From: Elainellaceae cyanobacterium
Lineage (GTDB): Bacteria; Cyanobacteriota; Cyanobacteriia; CAZCXK01
Assembly (NCBI GenBank): GCA_051117555.1
Contig: JBNPEG010000056.1
Location: 1-64,000, forward strand
Direction: 5' to 3'
Length of the DNA: 64,000 nucleotides
Each line of letters starts with the position of its first letter. Position 1 is the first letter of the stretch. The translations under genes and the position numbers were made by a program. Below are positions 31,252-39,910 of this stretch, in pieces. The notes beneath the pieces were generated by a model, which searched no databases, was not told the origin of the DNA, and was given only the letters and a program-made list of their open reading frames with translations.

Positions 31252-31845
31252 ATGTCTAATTCTCAATCGCTGTTGACTTTAGCAAAACAGCTTGCTGGAG
31301 AATTTGCCAATAAGGCCCAATCTCTTGAGCAGCCGTCATGGTTTGTCAACTTACGGCTGTGGCATCGTCCGCTACCAATTCGCATTCACGGGCACATCGC
31401 TATCTTTGCTGAGCAAGCAAACGCGATGCAGCCAGAGCAGGCATACCGACAACGCGTATTTACTTTGCAAGAAAATCCGGCAATCGGACAGCTTCAAGCT
31501 CAGTATTTCGCGCTTAAAGACCCTGGGCATTTTAAGGGCGCAGGCTTAGTTCCGAGCCGCTTATCTGCCTTGAGTGAAGCAGATTTAGTTCATTTACCCG
31601 GATGCCTCCTCGACATTCGTCAGCAGGGAAACACGTTCACAGGTGAGATGCAGCCGGGTTCCGCGTGCCGCTTCCAGTATGATGGCAAGATTGGCCAAGT
31701 GGTGCTGGGGTTTGAGGTTAGTCCAGGCAAATTTCTGAGTTACGATCGCGGCGTCAATCCCGATACTGGAAAATCACTCTGGGGGGCACTGATGGGCCCG
31801 TATGAATTCACCAAATGCCAGGATTTTTCAGAGGATTGGGCGTAA
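31252..31845 (+). CDS. cpcT: Phycobiliprotein chromophore lyase CpcT/CpeT
   Basis: LAGEF.N..Q, EQA, YRQR, LPGC and DRG....G..LWG...GPY.F motifs. Confidence 0.9.
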   Translation: MSNSQSLLTLAKQLAGEFANKAQSLEQPSWFVNLRLWHRPLPIRIHGHIAIFAEQANAMQPEQAYRQRVFTLQENPAIGQLQAQYFALKDPGHFKGAGLVPSRLSALSEADLVHLPGCLLDIRQQGNTFTGEMQPGSACRFQYDGKIGQVVLGFEVSPGKFLSYDRGVNPDTGKSLWGALMGPYEFTKCQDFSEDWA

Positions 31846-31935
31846 AGTCTGTCTCCCTATGGATTATTCGGCTGGGGGAAATCGACTAGGCTATCGGTTG
31901 GCAGATTGCCTTGTTTTATCCCTCTATATTGGCTG

Positions 31936-33156
31936 ATGAACCTCAAGGAGAAATTTGATTTACCCGTTACCTTCTGGATAGTCGCCCTGATTGCGTTTAT
32001 CAATTCGGTCGGCTTTACGATTGTGATTCCAACGCTGTATCCCTACGCAAAAGAATTTGGGCTGAGCGACTTTCAAGCAAGTTTACTGACGACGTCGTAT
32101 GCGATCTCTCAGTTTATTGGCACGCCGATTCTTGGGAAATTGAGCGATCGCCTCGGTCGCAAACCCCTCTTGATCATTAGCTTATTGGGTACGGTTGCGG
32201 CCAATCTAGTTGCCAGTTGGACGCCCGTTGCGTGGCTGCTATTTGCAGCGCGAGTCGTGGATGGTCTCACTGGAGGTAATACCTCAATTGCTAAAGCCGT
32301 AATCAGCGATACGACCCATCCTCAACGACGTTCCAAAGCCTTCGGGGTCTTTAGCGCGACCTTCCGCCTGGGCTTTGTTGCCGGTCCGGCATTGAGCTAT
32401 TTTGCCCAGCAGTTGCCGACGTTTCCTGGGGTCTCATCGCTGGGGATGAGCTTCTTTGCAGCATCTGTGATTGCGGCGATCGCCATGCTGCTGACACTTT
32501 TCTTATTGCCCGAAACTCTCAAACAGGAGGAAGAATTTCAGCTAAGCTGGCGCGATTTTGGATTTGGCAAAATTGCTAAATCTGCGACTCGACCCAAGAT
32601 CGGTCGCATCTTTGTCTTGACTTTCTTCAGCGGCTTTACGTTTACCCTGTTCACCTTTGCATTTCAGCCATTTTTCTTAAATGTTCTCAATCAAGATGCA
32701 CAAACCCTGGCAGTCATCTTTGCCATGATTGGCATCATCGGATTTGTGACCCAGGTCTTTGCGATGGATCCTTTGACTGAGCGATTTAACGTGGTCAATA
32801 TCTTGTCAACGGCCTTGCTCGGACGCGGAATCCTGTTTTTGCTAATTCCTGCGTTTCCTAATCCGACGGCGTTCTTTATCATTCTTGCCGTATTTGGCGT
32901 GGTCAACTCATATCCTCTGCCCCTCACAAACTCTATTCTCTCGTTGAGCAGCAGCGAACGCGAGCAGGGTGAAGTCTTAGGCATCAACACCTCATATCTC
33001 AGCATTTCGAATGCAATCGGTCCGGCTACATCGGGGCTATTGGTCACCATTGGATATGGCATCCCGTTTTGGGTGGCGGGCGGGCTGACCATTCTCATTG
33101 CATGGTTTGCGCTGTCTCTTAAATCGAGGCTAGATCTTGAAGAGGAACAGGCTTAA
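31936..33156 (+). CDS. MFS transporter (TetA/DHA1-like)
   Basis: Motif A G.LSDR.GRKP and 12 TMs. Confidence 0.9.
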   Translation: MNLKEKFDLPVTFWIVALIAFINSVGFTIVIPTLYPYAKEFGLSDFQASLLTTSYAISQFIGTPILGKLSDRLGRKPLLIISLLGTVAANLVASWTPVAWLLFAARVVDGLTGGNTSIAKAVISDTTHPQRRSKAFGVFSATFRLGFVAGPALSYFAQQLPTFPGVSSLGMSFFAASVIAAIAMLLTLFLLPETLKQEEEFQLSWRDFGFGKIAKSATRPKIGRIFVLTFFSGFTFTLFTFAFQPFFLNVLNQDAQTLAVIFAMIGIIGFVTQVFAMDPLTERFNVVNILSTALLGRGILFLLIPAFPNPTAFFIILAVFGVVNSYPLPLTNSILSLSSSEREQGEVLGINTSYLSISNAIGPATSGLLVTIGYGIPFWVAGGLTILIAWFALSLKSRLDLEEEQA

Positions 33157-33181
33157 TACCAACTCTCGATGCTGGCGACAA

Positions 33182-34252
33182 TCAGACGGTTTCCCAAATT
33201 TTGAGGGCGCCATCCCAGCTTCCGCTGACTAACCGCTGATTGTGAGACGCGGTATTGCTAGATTGAGCAAAGGCGATCGCCCAGACCCATCCCAAATGCC
33301 CTTCAAGAATTTCCTGACATTGACGAGTTTCAACATCCCATATCCGAATCGTCTTGTCGCTGCCCGCGGTGGCTAGGGTTTGCCCATCGGGGCTAAAGGT
33401 CACAGCATTCACGGCGCCATTGTGGTCATGGAGGGTTTTGATGAGCGTGAAGGATTGCAAATCCCATAGCCGCACGGTTTGATCGGCGCTCCCACTCGCA
33501 AGCATGAGCCCGCTGGGATGAATCGCAACGGAGAGAATTTCAGCCGTGTGACCTGCTAAGACTGCACAACATTGAGCAATTTTGGGACGCCAAATTCGAA
33601 TGGTGTGATCGCGACTACCGCTGGCGATCGCTTGCCCATCTGGACTGATTGCAGTCGTTAACACCCAGTGGTCGTGCCCGGTAAAGGTTTGGATGCACTC
33701 GCCGTCTGTGAGTTGCCAAAGACGCAGAGTTTTGTCTTGGCTACCGCTAATCAGATACCTCCCATCCAGGCTAAACGTGACGCTGCGAACCCAGTCTGAA
33801 TGGCCGTTGAGAATCGCTAGCAATTCACCTGTATTGATGTTCCAGAGACGAATCGTACGGTCGTTGCTGGCACTTGCTGCGATGGGTTGATTCGGGGCGA
33901 TCGCCACGCCCCGCACCCAACTGGTATGCCCCGTTAACGTATGCAGCAAGGCGCCCTGGGGTATCGACCAAATTTTGACGGTTTTATCTCCACTTCCACT
34001 GGCTAACCGCTGACCGTCTGGGCTGAGCGCCACCGACCGCACCCACGCCGAATGCCCCACCCAGGTCTGGCAACAGCGCCAGGGAGTATCAGACGCGCTG
34101 CGATCGAGATCGGCTAATACCTCCTCTACCGAGGTATGGCGATCGCCCAACGACAATGCCGCACCGCAGTTTGAACAAAACCTTGCCTGATCTGGATTCG
34201 GGGTTCTTTGACGACCAGGCTCAAGACAATCAGGATTGAGGCAGTAGCTCAT
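33182..34252 (-). CDS. WD40 repeat protein with 4-Cys prefix domain; Ser/Thr kinase domain apparently deleted
   Basis: MSYCLNPDC...FCSNCG prefix fused directly to HTSVEEVLADL and 7 GH..WD repeats. Confidence 0.85.
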   Translation of the reverse strand: MSYCLNPDCLEPGRQRTPNPDQARFCSNCGAALSLGDRHTSVEEVLADLDRSASDTPWRCCQTWVGHSAWVRSVALSPDGQRLASGSGDKTVKIWSIPQGALLHTLTGHTSWVRGVAIAPNQPIAASASNDRTIRLWNINTGELLAILNGHSDWVRSVTFSLDGRYLISGSQDKTLRLWQLTDGECIQTFTGHDHWVLTTAISPDGQAIASGSRDHTIRIWRPKIAQCCAVLAGHTAEILSVAIHPSGLMLASGSADQTVRLWDLQSFTLIKTLHDHNGAVNAVTFSPDGQTLATAGSDKTIRIWDVETRQCQEILEGHLGWVWAIAFAQSSNTASHNQRLVSGSWDGALKIWETV

Positions 34253-34255
34253 GGC

Positions 34256-34609
34256 TTATGACAATGCGATCAAAATGCTGATGACGACTAATCCTGCTAG
34301 CACGATCAGGGCTGAATTCCGTCGCATCCAGGATTTGAGTGAACTGAAGAAACTGGGACGATAAATCGTGTCTATCTCATCCTGCTTCGATCGGTCTTGA
34401 TACAACGTGCATTGTTTGGCATAAGGGCGTTGAGGAAAGTTGCAGGTGTCATCCTCGTCATATACGCAGGTTTGACACAGATAATCGTCGTCCGTTGCTT
34501 GATATAGCGGAATACCGGGATGACCAAATGCTTTAAGCGGATTCCGACAGTAGGGACAATCTATTGCATTAGAATCAACTGATTGTTGACACCGTGGACA
34601 CGTTTGCAT
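34256..34609 (-). CDS. Zinc-ribbon membrane protein
   Basis: CPRC..CPYC, AFGHPGIPL, C..C......C and a C-terminal TM. Confidence 0.8.
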   Translation of the reverse strand: MQTCPRCQQSVDSNAIDCPYCRNPLKAFGHPGIPLYQATDDDYLCQTCVYDEDDTCNFPQRPYAKQCTLYQDRSKQDEIDTIYRPSFFSSLKSWMRRNSALIVLAGLVVISILIALS

Positions 34610-34921
34610 AACCCCTATCTAAATGCCCATAAACAACGGCTGCGGGTAGCAGCAATAGGATGAATAGCCAAAATCAGCGCCCTTCATAGACGCCTCGTTA
34701 ACATCCTAGCTTAAGGATATCGGAGACAGTAGATTGGAACGGCAAGAGCGTGAGGCAGCAGGAGCACGGCACAATTTGAACAAATCAATCATGGATTGGG
34801 AAGCAAATCTGCCAGAATAAAACTGTAGGCTGGAGCTAGTCGATCGTGACCGAATCTAACCGTTGAATCTAGCAATTTAGATGTCAAGAGATCGTTGTAT
34901 TTAGTGTATTGGAACCGCAGT

Positions 34922-35245
34922 ATGAATGAAAACAACCTTGTGAAACAATTGTTGATGATTGGCATTGGCACCACGTCGTTGGTTGCAGAAAAACTGCGGG
35001 AAGTCAGTGACCAATGGGTAAAAGACGGCAAGATGGATTCAGAGCAAGCAAGCGGCTTTGTCGATGACCTCTTACGCCAGCTTCGCTCAGAGCAAAGTAA
35101 TTTTGAGACCCAGATGCAGCGACAGCTACGTAATGTTTTGCAAGATTTGGGTGTGCCGCGCCAAAACGAAATGGATGAGTTGCGGGGGCGGCTTGATCGC
35201 CTAGAACGGCAGATTCGAGATTTAGAAAATAAGATGTGGCGCTGA
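34922..35245 (+). CDS. Phasin-like (PHA granule-associated family) protein
   Basis: GIG...LV.EK...V..G pattern and a C-terminal LGVP...E.DELR.R.D.LE. Confidence 0.75.
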   Translation: MNENNLVKQLLMIGIGTTSLVAEKLREVSDQWVKDGKMDSEQASGFVDDLLRQLRSEQSNFETQMQRQLRNVLQDLGVPRQNEMDELRGRLDRLERQIRDLENKMWR

Positions 35246-35344
35246 GTGTCATCAATAAGCATGTGTGACTAGTCAGACGTAAATGCGATCGCATCCACCC
35301 AGAATTTGAGATACTAAAGTGTCGAATCGGCAAGGAGAATCGGT

Positions 35345-35914
35345 TTGAAGGAAATTCTAATCAGCTTCGGAGTCACGATGGTCTGTTTGGTGGTATTGGT
35401 CATTGCCCTGACCGTTGGCTCAGGAAACCAAAACGCCAATGCAGACGAGCTTTCTGCTGCGGTTCCAGACGTTGCAGAAATGTCTACCCCGTCAGATGAC
35501 CTTATTGCTCAGCAGGCTGCTGAGCCAGACGACATGGATGAAGAACTCACCACCCAATCCGATGATCAAGAGGTGGTCACAACGGCCTCAGGGCTGAAAT
35601 ATATTGATCTCGTAGAAGGCTCAGGTGCTTCACCTGAACCCAATCAAACGGTTGTGGTTCACTATACAGGCATGTTGGAAGACGGCACCAAGTTTGATAG
35701 TTCGCGCGATCGCAATCGTCCCTTTTCATTCAGAATTGGTGTGGGACAGGTTATTCGAGGATGGGACGAAGGCGTCATGAGCATGAAGGTAGGCGGTCGT
35801 CGTAAGCTCATTATTCCACCGGAGCTGGGTTATGGAGAGCGCGGTGCTGGCGGCGTGATTCCTCCGAATGCGACTCTTATTTTTGATGTTGAGCTGCTGC
35901 GAATTGGTAGTTAG
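35345..35914 (+). CDS. FKBP-type peptidyl-prolyl isomerase
   Basis: HYTG.L.DG.KFDSS, VI.GWDEG and [12 protein letters not shown] motifs, with N-terminal signal/TM. Confidence 0.95.
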   Translation: MKEILISFGVTMVCLVVLVIALTVGSGNQNANADELSAAVPDVAEMSTPSDDLIAQQAAEPDDMDEELTTQSDDQEVVTTASGLKYIDLVEGSGASPEPNQTVVVHYTGMLEDGTKFDSSRDRNRPFSFRIGVGQVIRGWDEGVMSMKVGGRRKLIIPPELGYGERGAGGVIPPNATLIFDVELLRIGS

Positions 35915-36029
35915 ACTCAGGTCAACGATTCATAGCCTCCTTTCCATCGATTTGTGAAAATTCTCCTGATTTTTGTGTGTCCATCGTGAATGCCTAGAGT
36001 GAATGCCCAAGACATGAGCAGGTAGGTTA

Positions 36030-36815
36030 GTGCTCCGCTATGGCCTGGGTTATTCCATTCCTTATAGTCAGGGAGCGCACACGGTGGCTATTTTAATTGG
36101 ACTCATTTTATTGGCGATCGCCCTCCTACTGATGACCGTCGCTGGCGTCTGGGGGTTAGTGCTAGCCTTTGGCGAACACCCAATTTGGGGCTTTGCCTAT
36201 TTGCTGGTTCCGTTTGCAGCCTTCGTCTTCATGATTGCCAAATGGAGCCGTCGATCGGTTCGCAAAAGCTTTTTCCTATCCTTCACAGGGCTTGCCTTTT
36301 GGCTAAGCGGCTTCCTCGTCATTTTCTTATCGAGCCACTCCAATCTTGCCTTCTTCAATCTGGCGGCTGATTCACTCCCTGTTTTGCCGTCTAAAGCAGC
36401 ATCCGAGCAGGCTGACGCATCATCGGCCATCGTATCCGATGCACCCTCTGAACTGCCATCAGAGGCGCCACTGACGCCGCCTTTTACGAGGGACAATACT
36501 CCCTCGATGGCTGTCAGTAAGCCAGCCATCGAATCAGCGGCTGAGTCGTCTACTCAAGAGAGCAGCATCGACTCGGTCGGTGATCTCGACGAAGAACTGA
36601 CGCCACATTCCGATGATTATCATCAGATTATGATGACGGGGTATGAGGCATTTCAGCGCGACGACTATGAGACGGCACTCAGCCATTTCAGACATGCCCT
36701 TAGTCTACGCCCGGGTGATACCTATGCCATCCAAGCGATCGACAACACGGTTGGGATCTTGCAGTCGATGGAAGCAGACGGCTCAGCATCCGTGAATGCT
36801 TCTACCACGAATTAG
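36030..36815 (+). CDS. Hypothetical membrane protein with C-terminal TPR-like helix pair
   Basis: Three TMs, a Ser/Pro linker and M..GY.A....DY..AL..F..AL..RP.D.YA. Confidence 0.7.
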   Translation: MLRYGLGYSIPYSQGAHTVAILIGLILLAIALLLMTVAGVWGLVLAFGEHPIWGFAYLLVPFAAFVFMIAKWSRRSVRKSFFLSFTGLAFWLSGFLVIFLSSHSNLAFFNLAADSLPVLPSKAASEQADASSAIVSDAPSELPSEAPLTPPFTRDNTPSMAVSKPAIESAAESSTQESSIDSVGDLDEELTPHSDDYHQIMMTGYEAFQRDDYETALSHFRHALSLRPGDTYAIQAIDNTVGILQSMEADGSASVNASTTN

Positions 36816-36854
36816 AGTGAGCTAGGCGTTGAGGCAACATTGAGGATTCAAATG

Positions 36855-37619
36855 TCAAATAAAAATATCATCGTGGTTTGCCTCGGCATGATAGTCCCAC
36901 TCGACATCAGGCATATTCTCAAACGCTTGATGTACAGATGCTTCCCATAGTTTGCGAATCTTGGCGAGATAAGGGTCACCCAATCGAAGCTGAAGCCGAT
37001 GCCGGACGATCAGCGAATCGGTTTCATACATGAGAATGCTAATCGGAGGCCCTACCGAAATATTGGATTTCATCGTCGAATCAATCGATAACAGGGCACA
37101 TTTGGCAACATGCTCTAACGGCGTTTCGAAGTTGATCGTGCGATCAAGAATGGGTTTGCCGTATTTCGTTTCACCAATTTGCAGAAACGGAGTTTCAGAC
37201 GTAGCTTGAATAAAATTGCCTTGGGTATAGATTAAATAGAGTTCGGGATCGTCTCCTCGAATTTGTCCAGCGAGTAAGAAACTGCACTGGTAGTCGATGC
37301 CATCTCGCTCTAACCACGGTCGTTCGTGATCTTGAACCGTCCGAATTCGACTGCCAACATAGCGAGCGACATCGTACATCGTGGGCAGGGTATAGAGGTT
37401 ATCGCCCTCACTAGACTTGAGGTCGTTCTTAAACTCATGAATCACTGCCTGCGTAATCGATAGATTGCCTGAGGTGCAAAATGCGATGACCCGCTCACCC
37501 GGCAACGAGAAGTCATACAGCTTTTGATACGTCGAAATGTAGTCGACTCCGGCATTAGTTCGAGAGTCAGCAGCCAGAACGATTCCGTAGTGGTTAATGA
37601 TACCAAGGCAGTAGGTCAT
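36855..37619 (-). CDS. Proteasome-type (Anbu-like) threonine protease
   Basis: N-terminal MTYC, DSRTNAGVD, QIGETKYGKPILDR and DST..SN.SVG.P motifs. Confidence 0.92.
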   Translation of the reverse strand: MTYCLGIINHYGIVLAADSRTNAGVDYISTYQKLYDFSLPGERVIAFCTSGNLSITQAVIHEFKNDLKSSEGDNLYTLPTMYDVARYVGSRIRTVQDHERPWLERDGIDYQCSFLLAGQIRGDDPELYLIYTQGNFIQATSETPFLQIGETKYGKPILDRTINFETPLEHVAKCALLSIDSTMKSNISVGPPISILMYETDSLIVRHRLQLRLGDPYLAKIRKLWEASVHQAFENMPDVEWDYHAEANHDDIFI

Positions 37620-37917
37620 GGGAGCAACCAGAGGCTTTTCTCCTCGATTGTAAGGGGGCGATCGCGCGTTTTAAGCAATCCCCCACCAAATGGGGCTAGG
37701 CGAAAAGGGGCGTGCTGAATATGCAGTTTTAATAGGCTGCGATCGCCCAGTCGGGGTGATTTCAAAATTATCTGCAATAAGTCGGCACTGATTGGGAGAT
37801 GAGCCGTCATTTGATTCAATCTCAGACTGGCAAACGGCGCATTCGTAGGATAGGGTGAGTTCGAGAAAAGCAAATGTTTCCATAAGGCGTTACTGCAATA
37901 GCAAGATAGTTAAGGCG

Positions 37918-38008
37918 TATAGTCCTACAGGCTCAGATTTGTGTGTAGAAACCTCGCGCGCGGGATTACCACACGTTCAGCGTCCTAACCCAAGAGCGTA
38001 AGACTGTA
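37918..38008. repeat. MITE-like dispersed repeat (same family as 2037-2133)
   Basis: TATAGTC / GACTGTA ends and the shared TTTGTGTG...CACACG.TCA..GTCCTAAC...AGAGCG body. Confidence 0.7.
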
Positions 38009-38294
38009 TACATTGAGTAAAGAGGAATGATTACCCTGTTTAAAGGCTGACCCAGCCACTTCTTAAACTGCATTGCTATTCACGACGCCAAAATTGCAAT
38101 CAGGATAACGGGCTAAATCTATACCTCGATTACGAATTAAATACTTAACCGGCGACTAGAGGGCGATCGCAGAGAAATTGCCCCCATTCAAGTCGCAGTT
38201 ATCTCGGAACCTTTTAGAATCTCCGACCGTGTAACCCTTTGTGGACACTTGACAGACTGGTTTCTTTCAGAGGCTCCTGGAAGCTTCAAATTAC

Positions 38295-38905
38295 CTAGGT
38301 TTTAGCACCTCGATAGCGCATCTTGCGCTTCGAGTCATACAATCTGGCAAATTGAGGAATGTCTCCCCGATGCCCCAAGACAATGACCGTATCGCCTCCG
38401 TTGAGAATAATCGTCTGATTGGGCTGCGAAACAACCGTCCCATCGATTCGACGGACGGCAATGATGATAAAGCTATTCCGTCCTTTGATTTCCAATTCTC
38501 CTAAGGTGCTACCTGCTAACGGCGAATTAACCGGAATTGACAGCTCATCCATTTGCACATCGATTTGAGAAAGCAGCTCATTGAGGTGATTGCGTTCGCT
38601 GCTTTGGTCTAAAAAATCAACTGCGTTGGGGCGAGTAATCAGATTTGTCATTCGCTGAGCGCTGATTGCAGCCGGTAATACCACATGGTTGGCTCCTGCA
38701 AAATGACCAGAATAATAAAGATGCGTTCAGCAGGTGGTTTAAGCGGTCTGACTTCTCCATAGCCTACGCCGAAAATAGTGATGATAGTCATATAGAGCGC
38801 ATCTAACAGTTCCCAGCCAAACAAGGCATAGCCGATCACCGCAACGACGATGGTGAGCGAAAAAAATATCACTCCGGTCACAATACGATGAAACGAATCC
38901 TGCAT
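38295..38905 (-). pseudogene. Potassium channel (TrkA/Kch-type) pseudogene with internal deletion and frameshift
   Basis: The pore segment with TIFGVGYGE (38905-38700) is joined out of frame to AGANHVVLP and a TrkA-C domain. The TrkA-N/RCK domain is absent. Confidence 0.8.
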
Positions 38906-39570
38906 AAATGATGGAAATTGGCAAGGCTAAAGACGTGAGCTGAATGCCGACTATACTTGAGTTCCGATGTCGTCTAGACTGTAATCGAGCTTCACTGTAA
39001 TTGAGCAGAGTCTCTTGCCGTTGTATGATGCGCTGCAATTTTGAAAAACTTTCGAGCGAATCAGCAGTTTGGATGGTCAACAATTTTTGAGCCAGAGACA
39101 TTCAAGCTAGGGGTGATCCAATTTAAAAGCTGTATGACTATTCACCCCAACGCTAAGATTCTGGTCTAAGGTAGTGATCATCACGGGTGCAAAAGCGTCA
39201 TTCTCAAACTGTCTTGCAATATCTTTGCTGGAGCTTTCTGCAAAAACCTCAGAAAACATTTCTATAACTCGTAGATGCCTCTTCTAGCTCTCAATTCAAG
39301 CTTGACGCCGTACCAAGTCGCGTCTAGCGCGAACCGTGCCAAATTTTCCTGAGGGAAAACGATGGTCACGAATTACAGATACGGTTTAGTTTGAGTTTTC
39401 TGCAATCTCTTTACTGGTTTAATTCTGCAATCCCAGGTGAATCAATCACCCTGCTTCGTGTTCAATTGCCGTGGTTATGTCTGGCGATGACTCGATCGGG
39501 TGATTCATCTCAAGGTGCAGAGACCATTGAGTCCATTCCCCCTTGGATATCGTCCAAAAGGAGAGCCCCA

Positions 39571-39876
39571 ATGCAATCTATTCAATCTCAAAAATTGAAG
39601 ACTTTATCACGCCGAATTCGCTTAACTCGCGTTATTCCCCGCGCCCAGAAGGCAGCCACTATATCTCAATACAGCTTCATCGGTGAAGCCATTGTCGAAG
39701 ATACGATTAGCCCTGGACGCGAAGGACGAGTTCATTATCAAGGCAGTTGGTGGCCTGCTCGATGCTTTGCGGAACTAACGCTCTACCCTAGCACGCTGGT
39801 AAAAGTGGTCGGACGACAAAATATCACGCTACTCGTTGAGCCTGTCTTGAGTATCAGTGGCGATCGCTCGATGTAG
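39571..39876 (+). CDS. NfeD-like C-terminal domain protein
   Basis: I.PG..GRV.YQGSWW.ARC and V.VVGRQ..TLLV.P motifs. Confidence 0.78.
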   Translation: MQSIQSQKLKTLSRRIRLTRVIPRAQKAATISQYSFIGEAIVEDTISPGREGRVHYQGSWWPARCFAELTLYPSTLVKVVGRQNITLLVEPVLSISGDRSM

Positions 39877-39910
39877 AGAGATGTAGAGAGTCGAGACTCA
39901 TTTGCCGACT

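Noticed and set aside
37616..37883. Short ORFs upstream of the Anbu-like gene
   Set aside because: The METFAFLELTLSYE start vaguely resembles cyanobacterial N-terminal motifs, but nothing further supports a call.
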